DNA of 64,000 nucleotides from Nemertoderma westbladi (taxonomy: Eukaryota > Animalia > Xenacoelomorpha). Positions 49,907-59,504 of this stretch are shown here, piece after piece. The notes beneath the pieces are model-generated. The model ran no database searches. It had not been told where the DNA came from and saw only the letters and a program-made list of their open reading frames with translations. The number at the start of each line of letters is the position of its first letter. Position 1 is the stretch's first letter. The stretch lies in the NCBI GenBank assembly GCA_032718475.1, contig JAUCBJ010002178.1, positions 38,219 through 102,218 of the forward strand, in the 5' to 3' direction. A program made the translations under genes and the position numbers.

Positions 49907-52287
49907 GGATGTAGGACAATTCGGTCCCGGACAATTCGGTCCCGGACAATTCGGTCCGGACAATTCGGTCCCGGACAATTCGGTCCCGGACAATTCGGCC
50001 CCAAAACACTAAATAAATGGGACCGAATTGTCCGGGACCGAATTGTCCTAGGACCGAATTGTCCTAGGACCGAATTGTCCGGGACCGAATTGTCCGGGAC
50101 CGAATTGTCCGGAACCAAATTGTCCGGTTCCTAATAGCAACGAATGTTGAAGTGAATGTTCTAGAACATTAGTAGATATATTTGTTATGCTAGCTAGTGT
50201 TATTTACTTGCTGGAATTTTTTGAAATTTAAAAATACTGTATTTTTTTTTATTTTTGTTATTGGTAGTGTTCGAGAACATTATTATATATTATTTATTAA
50301 GGTGTAGCTAGTGTTTTTTTTTAATAGCTAACATTTCCTTGAAATTATAAAAAACTTGTGAAAACATTGATATTTCAGAATTAGGCCTAAACTGTTGCTG
50401 ATTATATTAATTACCCACAATATTGATGATATTATAACAGTCCGAGTCCCTGAATGAGATCCAGCTATTATCTTCTATCCATCTAGGATACACGAAGCTA
50501 AGGAAAATCAACAACTTTCGCTAAGAAAGATTTTCCTTAGCTGAGATGGTCTATTCATAGTGGGCTATTTTACTTGTATGGGGCAGATTTAGTGTTTTTT
50601 GACTCCAGAAAAATCTAGCCTTTAAAAGTACCCTGAGATTTTGCATGTATATACAACTCATCAAGGCGCGTCGTGTGGGATGGGTCTCATATCCAGGAAA
50701 AATCTGGTTTCCATGGCAACGGACTTCAAAAAAAGTCTATGCATTTCAAGTCAATATTTATAACTCCATTTGTAGGAAAACTATAATAGATATAAACTTG
50801 GGGTTTCGCAACACAACTATAAGGTCCATAGCAGATCCGATTGAGGCTAAATAGAAAATCCAGTTACCTTGGCAACCGGGACAAACAGATGTTAAAATTT
50901 TTAAAATGTTAATTTGAGGCCTAAGGGCAAGGTGTTATGACTTGGGACCAACCCCTACCCCCATTATATAACTTATTCTGCATTCGAATTACATTGTTCT
51001 ATTTTTCAGTTACCACGACAACCGCTGAAAACAGATGTTTTTATTCAAAACTTATTCATTTGGACATAGACTTCACGATAAAATTTAACAAAACTGGGTA
51101 TGTGTTATCTGGACCACTAGTTGGAACTTTTAGTGAAACTTAAATTATTCCAGAAATTTAGTTACCATGGTAACTGTAGTTTTATTAAACTCTATATCAT
51201 TCAAATCTATATTGATAACTCTATTTGTAGCAAAACTGTAATATATATAAACTTGGTGTTTTGCAACTCATCTATAAGAGCCATATCCAAGCCGTTTGAG
51301 GTTAATTAGAAAATACAGTTACCATAGCAACAAGTCTAAACAGATGTTAAAATTTATAAAATGATAATTTGAAGCACAAGTTAATAGTATTATGACTTGG
51401 GACTAACCCCTACCCCCACTATATGACTTATTCTGCATCCGAATTACATTGTTCTATTTTTCAGTTTCCATGACAACCACTGCAAACAGATGCATTTTGA
51501 TAGAAAATCGGTAATTTGGACATAAACTACAATATTTTCTGAAACTCAGTATATGTGTTATCTGAACCACAATCTGTACTGAATTTTTTTTCAATGGTTA
51601 AGCAACAGTTCCAGAGAACTCTAGTTTCCATGGGAATATAATTTAATTATTGACAATTGCTACTAAACGAGGCTAAGCAACGAACCAAAGTGTGGCCGTT
51701 TGTTTAATTTTCCTTAGCTTCGTGGTTGCATTTCCTTTAGGAAATGCCTTTCTCGTAATAATTTAGGCTTGTTAACCAACCAACAACACATACAGTATAT
51801 ACATACGCAATATATAAAAAAAATCAGTTTTAAAAATAAACATTTTAAATACATACTATTACTAGCTAGTAAATAATTCACAAGCTCCATAAAAACACCA
51901 TAGCTACCATAAATAATAATGTTAACAAAAAAAAGTAAATTTTTTTTATTTAAAAAAAAATACTAGCTAGTAAAAAAAACACTAGCTACCATATAATAAT
52001 ATATATTAAGGTTCTAGAACATTCACCATTATATAACACCAATTAAATTTGGTCCCGGACAATTCGGTCCTGGACAATTCGGTCCCGGACAATTCGATCC
52101 CGGACAATTCGGTCCCATTAATATGCATGTTTTGGGACCGAATTGTCCTAGTCAGTATCCGGACAATTCGGTCCCGGACAATTCGGTCCCAAAACACAAA
52201 ATTAATGGGACCAAATTGTCCGGGACCGAATTGTCCGGGACCGAATTGTCCGGACCGAATTGTCCGGGACCGAATTGTCCTGCTTCC
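49907..52287. mobile_element. Mutator/Phantom-like foldback element with 15-bp tandem-repeat TIRs; 9-bp TSD
   Basis: Termini GGATGTAGGACAATTCGGTCC and GGACCGAATTGTCCTGCTTCC. (GGACAATTCGGTCCC)n arrays occur in both orientations at each end. TSD GGTTAAATC at 49898-49906 and 52288-52296. Confidence 0.92.
50491..51724. mobile_element. TIR element nested in the foldback, with CAC...GTG termini and an internal ~460-bp duplication
   Basis: CACGAAGCTAAGGAAAAT and ATTTTCCTTAGCTTCGTG. 50700-51160 is repeated at 51155-51635. No matching TSD was seen. Confidence 0.8.
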
Positions 52288-52746
52288 GGTTAAATCTTGT
52301 GGGTCTCTGGAGTCATTTAAGCGTTGTCTCAAGACTCTTTATTTTAGCCGTGTATATAACTGATCTTTTAATTACTTACTACTGGTTTTACTTTTTAGCT
52401 AGTGCGCCTAGAGCACTTTTTAATTAATTTGAATAGGCGCTGTTAAATAAATATATTATTATTATTATTATTAAGCTTTAGTTTCCTAACCACCACTCAA
52501 TCATATCACTCTGTGATGATAACTGAGATATTTCATGAACACACTGAAGGGATTAGAGTTACAAAAGGGAGGGAGAACATCAATCGTATATATATAATTA
52601 ATAATGAAGACTTTGCGTTCGACGAGCCACGTGCGTAGTTGCAAAGCTATTGCGTAATGCCAGGGTCAGGGTCAACAATAATGGTAAATAGTTAAAATCA
52701 TTCTGTCATAATTAGTTAATTACAACAGAAGATTTAAATAACTTAC

Positions 52747-52985
52747 CCGTGAACCAACAATACGGTTGGCACAGCAATCCTGGCGATTGTAGATTTGAAC
52801 CAAACCAATAGTTAGGTCGTCATACCCAATATCAACCCACCACCATTCCTGCGGTAAAGTGGGGCGATCTCGAGTGTGGAAACAGGAACCAGCACCATAA
52901 TTTGAGTTGGTATTGCCATCCACCCCTCGCGAAGCTGGAGTATGGTAGCTACTTATACCTGTGGGTCTCAAATAGGCCAAGTTTC
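52747..52985 (-). CDS. Host gene exon: N-terminal half of an F-type lectin (fucolectin/FTP) domain
   Basis: Acceptor tttttccag| and donor |gtaagt. 239 bp, phase 1 to phase 0. Translates (G)NLAYLRPTGISSYHTPASRGVDGNTNSNYGAGSCFHT...WWWVDIG...IYNRQDCCANRIVGSR, with the Ca-binding hhDG motif and the fucose-binding H...R-x-D-x4-R motif. Confidence 0.93.
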
Positions 52986-53117
52986 CTGGAAAAACATAAG
53001 CATAAGCCTGCTAATGTATATATTTGTGCGGAATTAATTTCGCAATATAAATTGACACATAATGACATTTTCCCCCTAATGTGACTACATCACATGTGAA
53101 CTAGTAGATCCTTTCAC

Positions 53118-54515
53118 TAGTTGATCCCTTTGTCAGAGTAGACCCCTTTGTCATCAGAGTGGACACCTTTGTGACTACAGTGGACACCTTTGTCACCAGA
53201 GTGAACCCCTTTGTCACAAGAGCGAACCCCTTTGTCACCAGAGTGGACCCAATTGTCACAGTGGACCCCTTTATGACAGTGGACCCCTTTGACACTAGAG
53301 TGGACCCCTTTATCACCAGAATGGACCCCTTTTACACAGTGGACCACTTTGTCACCAGAGTGGACCCCTTTGTCACCAGAGTGGAACCCCTTGTCACAGT
53401 GGACCCCTTTGTCACAGTGAACCCCTTTGACATCAGAGTGGACCCCTTTGTCACAGTGGACTCCTTCGTCACCAGAGTAGACTCCTTTGTCACAATGGAC
53501 CCCTTTCTCACCAGAGTGGGCCCTTTTGACTCCAGAGTGGACCCCTATGTCACAGTGGACACCTTTGTCACAGTGAACCCCTTTGACATCAGAGTGGACC
53601 CCTTTGTCACAGTGGACTCCTTCGTCACCAGAGTAGACTCCTTTGTCACAATGGACCCCTTTCTCACCAGAGTGGGCCCTTTTGACTCCAGAGTGGACCC
53701 CTTTTTCACAGTGGACCCCTTTGTCACAGTGAACCCCTTTGACATCAGAGTGGACCCCTTTGTCACAGTGGACTCCTTCGTCACCAGAGTAGACTCCTTT
53801 GTCACAATGGACCCCTTTCTCACCAGAGTGGGCCCTTTTGACTCCAGAGTGGACCCCTATGTCACAGTGGACACCTTTGTCACCAAAGCGCACCCCATTT
53901 TCACAGTGGACACCAGTAACAGCAAAGTGGATATCTCTGTCACCAGAGTAGACACCTCTGTCACCAGAGTGGACACCTTTGTCATAGTAGACTCCTATGT
54001 CACCAGAAAAGTGAGCCCCTTTCACGCCAGGGTGGACCCCTTTGTCATAGTGGAATCCTTTTTCACCACAGTGAACCACTTTGTCGTCTAAGCGGACCTC
54101 TTTGTCTCAGTGGAACTCATTGACACCAGAGTTGACCCTTTTGACAACAGAGTTGACCCCCTTTGTCATCAGAGTTGACCCATTTGTCACCAGAGTTGAC
54201 GCCTTTGTCACAATAGACCCTTTTGACACCAGAGTTTACCCTTTGTCACAATAGACCCTTTTGACACCAGAGTTGACCCCATTGTCACCAGATTTGACAC
54301 CTTTGTAACCAGAGTTGACCCCTTTGTCACAATAGACCCCTTTGACACCAGAGTGGACCCCTTTGTCACGTCACAGTAGACCCTTTTGACACCAGAGTTG
54401 ACCCCATTGTCACCAGATTTGACACCTTTGTCACCAGAGTTGACCCCTTTGTCACAATAGACCCTTTTGACACCAGAGTTTACCCCTTTATCACCAGAGT
54501 GGATATGTTGTCACC
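53118..54515. repeat. 18/21-bp minisatellite (GTGGACCCCTTTGTCAC[CAG]A)n in the intron upstream of the first lectin exon
   Basis: About 1.4 kb, with higher-order periodicity in the middle. Unit lengths are multiples of 3, giving long stop-free frames on both strands. Confidence 0.95.
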
Positions 54516-54599
54516 ATCAGTATTTTTTTATGGAGTGGAGTTCTGTTCTATAATATGTAGTAATAATCGTTGAAGCTTCAGATCCCGAGGATAATGATT

Positions 54600-56055
54600 A
54601 TAAAGGTATCTCCACCTCATGGGAAAGAGTTGTTTCTTCTTAAAGTATATCTATCTACCATATGAATGTCCAGACAATGGGGATGAATACATTGACTGCC
54701 TTGAAAAAAATGTAGCTATTACAGAAATGTCTGATATTAACGATGTCATGATAGCTGGGGATTTTAATGCCCATCCGTCGCGTGGTTTCTTTAGTGATCT
54801 AAGTGAGGTTTGTGCAGAAACTGGTCTATTCATCATCTGACACTGCCACAGGAGACCTTCACATATGTTAGCTCAGCCTCCGGTTCAGTCTCATGGTTAG
54901 ACCATGTTGTATGCTCTGGCTCAATGAAACACCGGGAGGAAGATTTGTCTGTTGACTACAGTTTTGACTGTTGATGACCATTTATATGTAATCATTAAGG
55001 TTTAAGATACGGCAGGTTGTCATATAATACATGGAAAAGGACCAGTTCCAAATGACACAGAAGGGTCGCCAGTATACTATCCAAGAATGCCTTGGGAGAA
55101 AGCGACCATGTTTAACCTTGGAAACTACAAGGCTGCCACCAACAATGCCAGTTCTGCTCTGGGGATTCTGTTGAATGCCTTATCATGTAGAGATCCCCAT
55201 TGTGCAAATGGGAATCACAGGGATGACCTCAACCTGCTGTATGAGAATATAACTGACATTCTTACTGAGTCGGCTGCGCAGTCAGTTCCCCATACCCAGG
55301 ATACATCTGGCAATGACAATACGCACAATGTACCCGGGTGAAATGATGAGGTAGACGAACTACATCAGTGCGCACGCGAGCGCCAGTGTTTCCTGGATTG
55401 GCGAGCGGATGGGGATACGTTCCAATTAATGACTCGCTCGCGGGCAAAGTTTAAACTTCGATTACGGGCCATTAAGCGTAATACAGACACTATTCAGAGC
55501 GATAATCTTGCTACATCTTTAGATGACAATGATTGTTATAAGTTCTGGGCAAATGTGCGAAAAAATAACCAATCTAAAGTGAAACCACCTGAAACAGTTG
55601 GATGTGTCACTGGGACATCCAATATAGCAAACATGTGGGGAGACCACTATAGGGGTATAATTAACAGGGTTAATGACTCACAATGTGATGTTAATGAGCT
55701 GAGTAAGACATTCGAAAAAATAAAGTGCAGCACTGAAATGCATTTCAATAATAATGAAATTGCAGAAAGCACCAGGACCTGAGTGGTTACAGGCTGAGCA
55801 TATTAAATATTCCTCAGATCGGCTGGTCACTGTGCTTTCATTGCTTTTTGCCAGTTTTAATATACATGGGTTTGTAACTAGCAGTTTAGTGAAGTCTAAT
55901 ATTTCACCGATTGTGAAAGATAAATCTGGTGTTAGTTCTGAAACTAGTAATTATCACCTTGTAGCGGTTGCCAATATTACTTGTAAGTTATATGAGTTAA
56001 TTATATTAGCTAGACTAGAATTATTATTAGAGACTACTGGCAACCAAATTGGTTT
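54600..56055 (+). mobile_element. Degenerate non-LTR retrotransposon (APE endonuclease, linker, start of RT); RTE-X-like, tentative
   Basis: IYLPYEC, AGDFNAH, SWLDH, C..PHC..NH, VPG*N, MTRSRAKFK, KAPGP..EHIKY and PIVKDK..NY. Stops and frameshifts throughout. Confidence 0.8.
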
Positions 56056-56057
56056 TA

Positions 56058-56321
56058 TTTTATTCTTTAATTGTCAAGCTTAAGTAAAAAACCTTACCGG
56101 TAGGTATGCCAGTACAGTACGATACAAATACTAAAATAAAAAAGCAACTGACCATTACACGTTGCATGCAATCAGTAATCAGCTGATGGCTGTCAGCTGA
56201 TTACTGATTGCATGCAACGTCTAATGGTCAGTTGCTTTTTTATTTTAGTATTTGTATTGTACTGTACGGGCATACCTACCGGTAAGGTTTTTTACTTCAG
56301 CTTGACAATTAAAGAATAAAA
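56058..56321. repeat. Near-perfect hairpin, arms ~129 bp, loop ~6 nt
   Basis: ttttattctttaattgtcaagct...gcaatcagtaatcagctga [tggctg] tcagctgattactgattgc...agcttgacaattaaagaataaaa. Confidence 0.95.
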
Positions 56322-56437
56322 GAATTGTATTAACTCAAGCATTTAATTATTAATTACAATTTGGTTTTAAAAAATTTCACGGTACCAAAAAATGTATATA
56401 TATTATACATTTAAAGATTTTATTAATTTTTATTTAA

Positions 56438-56540
56438 CCCTATTAGTACCGGGCTATAAAATGTTGTACAAATACCGGGGGGGGGGGGGGGGGGGGTCAT
56501 CTAAAATCTACAAATATTTACGAAAACGTCTGATTTTTTG
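56438..56540 (+). mobile_element. Left-end fragment of the piggyBac-like family at 62232-63738
   Basis: TTAA|CCCTATTAGTACCGGG.TATAAAATG.TGTACAAATACCGGGG matches 62232-62345. Confidence 0.8.
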
Positions 56541-57196
56541 TTTGTACGTAGGTATTACTTGTCTGGGATGGCATGCATGACAGGGGTCTCGCGTGTGTAT
56601 TGGGGGTATTGATTGCTCTTCGCACTCCTTCGCTCCAGCTCCTTCTGCCTGCGAGGGGGTCGACGACCTTGGCGTGGCCTAGGGTTTGGTGATGGTGCGG
56701 GGTTACGGGGCTACAATCTGGCCGGGCAGTTCTTATGACGTAGTGGATTGCGCCATAACCATGGACAACGAACTCAAATGTAGGAGTGCCTGACTTCTGG
56801 TTACATACGATACTTCAGGCTGAACTCGTACACTAACTATAAACTTAACTGGTTGAACTATTAATGTGCTTTTATATTATTATCTATTACTTTATACAGC
56901 AACTAATATTCACTTAGTAAGATCTCAAAAATATTACATGTAGAGTAATTATATAATAATAAGTTAATAGTTTAAAATTTAAGAATAAATGTTACTTTCT
57001 TTTTGTAAAAGAAATAGTTATTATTATCCGCCTTTTTGGAAGATTGATTGGATATTTGTAATTTAATTTATTGTTCGCACTATCGCTCCACTAATTATCC
57101 TTCTTAATGATTTATAAAAGACGTATAATGATATTTTGTATATAAATTAAGTACTTCATGTAGGCCAATACTTATACATTTATTTTATTACTTTAC

Positions 57197-57355
57197 CTGT
57201 TGGTACATACTGACAGATTTTATCACTACCAACGCATTGGTTTGGATATCCCGTATACCCCACAATGGGGTGACAGAAACGAGTCACAGCTCTTTGATTG
57301 TTACCACACTCACTATCCCATAGCCATTGGGTTGTGTATTCCGACCAGAAACTTG
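57197..57355 (-). CDS. Internal exon of host lectin gene: thrombospondin type-1 (TSP1)-like Cys/Trp module
   Basis: Minus strand: acceptor ttgtgttgcag| and donor |gtaaag. 159 bp, phase 1-1, stop-free: xSFWSEYTTQWLWDSECGNNQRAVTRFCHPIVGYTGYPNQCVGSDKICQYVPT(G). The WSx..W..CG..R.C..C.G pattern resembles a divergent TSP1 repeat. The end phase matches the next exon (G|GA=Gly). Confidence 0.75.
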
Positions 57356-57499
57356 CTGCAACACAATATAATGTTTATGTACAGTAGCCTAGGTTAACCT
57401 GTACTAAGTTAAGAATTATAAAATTTGTAAAAGCTTGTGCGTGCGTCCTTCTATGTGCATTTGAATTGCCGCCAAGCTCTTTCTTTCTATTCTTTTCTA

Positions 57500-59109
57500 A
57501 ATGGGAAACAGCCTTATACTATTTGGACACTATGCTCCTGCCACGTTAACATTTGCCTGATCTTCAGGCTACCCCATTTGTGGCATTCCATATATTCAGT
57601 GATGCAAGCTGTTTAGGCATGGGAGCAGTTGCATATCTCTGTTGGGATGATGACCGGAATATTGGTACTACATAGTTAGGCAGCAAAACTCATATCATGC
57701 CTACAAAAGGACCACCCATCCATACCCAGAGCAGAATTGCAAGCTGCAATATATGCTGTTGATTAGCTAGAACTCTACTGTACATAAAAAACTCATATGG
57801 GCTGAGGCAGTTCTTCAGTACTTACATAACGAGACTACTCAGTTTGTAGTTTATGTTGCAAAGGTTCAAGGTATTCTTTCATTCTCCACTGTTGTAGCTC
57901 AGTGGATGGAGGCATGTACCAGGCGACCAACTCCCTGCCAATTCCCCATTTACTTTGTGACAAATTCTTAGAGTGTAAACTTTGGTTCGATGTGCCAGAA
58001 TTCTTAGAATCCGTGAAGATATACGAAATTTAAAGAAATTTTTTTTGCCGTATTTTTTTACCATTTGGCAACTTTTGTGCACTGGTAGAACAATGAAATC
58101 TAAAAAAAGTAAAAAACGCACCGCCCTAATAAACATTGGGCGATAATATTTCCATGGTTTACAACTAGAGCTGTGTATCTTGATGTTGTCGATCATCCTG
58201 ACATGCAAAGCTTTATGCTTTGTCTTCAGCGTTTGTAGCATCGACAGGGGGTGCAACCAAATATCGTTCAGACTGTGGCTCTAACTTCTAACTTTATTGC
58301 AGCTCCCAAGAGAACTGCAGCAGTTCATTGAGAACCGGAATGAACCTGTTCTTAAACAGAAGTTGGTTGATTTCCAGTTGATCTATCAACCCTGGCACTT
58401 TAACCCACCCCATGCTCCATTGTATGGTGGTGCCTACTGTACGAGTGGTTAATTCATTAAATCACAGCTGCTTTGACAAATATAATGCCATCAATACAAG
58501 ATTTTTTTGATGAGATGTTCCATACACTCCTTTTAGAGATTGCATACTCTATTAACCACCGGCCATTAATCCGAATATCAAATGATCCGGATGACATAGA
58601 GGCAATAACCCCTGCCCATTTTATACATTTGCGAGTGCGAGTCCATCTTCCCTGATTATGGGAGGCTACTGTACCTCGCATCGTATCCCAGGGAGCGGTG
58701 TTAAACTGGGATGGTAATAATGGGCCTCGCCCTGATTATTTTGTTTATTATCTGATAATTGACTGCCAATCTCGGTAGATAGCAGCCCACACATTTCCTA
58801 CTTTCTATTGAGGGTGATTTTTATTGTCCGTTTAAATCACTCATTATGTCCGTTTATTTTGACTTTTTATGTCCGTTTTATTTTCTATGCTACCGGTTTC
58901 TCTACTTCTGTTATCTTAGGCTATCAGTAACGGTATAAGTAGGAGATCAGTTAGCTCTATTGTTGGTAAGCCATCGCCATAGATAATTGATACATATCTG
59001 GATAATGCATTTAAAATGGATCATGACTACTGTAATGTTATGGGTAAAGCTGTAGTGGTACCTCTAAATCTATAATGTAGTTCTAAACTAACAGATCAGT
59101 CCACATACA
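57500..59109 (+). mobile_element. Degenerate, internally deleted BEL/Pao 3' half with probable 3' LTR (~58699-59109)
   Basis: HIFSDAS..GAVAYL, PRAELQAA, TRAVYLD, FNPPHAPLYGGA, INHRPL and AITPAHF remnants, then CAGGGAGCGG (PPT) and TGTTAAA. Confidence 0.8.
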
Positions 59110-59504
59110 ATGTGTTCGAAAAATATACTTATTCCCCATGTGATAGCGAAAACACACTGATATCAAAATATCGGACCGGTTTTAACTAAAAAGCAAAGAG
59201 GTTGTCCCAATAAAGGATATATACAACTGTACAATATAATGTAAAATAATGCCGTAAAATGCACCTTTCCCTGAATTGGTAAAGTGGTATCGTAATTGTT
59301 TTGGTTAAAAATTACGTTTCTGTAACCTGCTCCTTTCCCAAATTGGTAAAGCGATCGTTTATAGTTTTGGTTAAAAAAAACCCCGCTTCTGTAACCTGCT
59401 ACTTTCCCTCAATTGGTAATTGCGATCGTTTATTATTGTTTTGGTGAGAAAAGCCCGCTTCTGTAACCTGCTCCTTTCCCCCAATACGTATATATATATA
59501 AGCT

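Larger units (their letters stand above)
49644..52472 (+). mobile_element. 3' end of an L2-type LINE, interrupted by a foldback transposon
   Basis: PILRDLHWLPVIRRTDYKIAVITYKCLNG..YGRQSFSVAAPMIWNAL resumes after 52288 as VKSCGSLESFKRCLKTLYF, followed by AATAAA and a (TAT)n tail. Confidence 0.88.

Noticed and set aside
49900-52363. GQFGP/PDNSV repeat ORFs, and short-repeat arrays superficially like CRISPR
   Set aside because: 15-bp head-to-tail transposon TIR repeats with no unique spacers and no cas genes, in a eukaryotic context.
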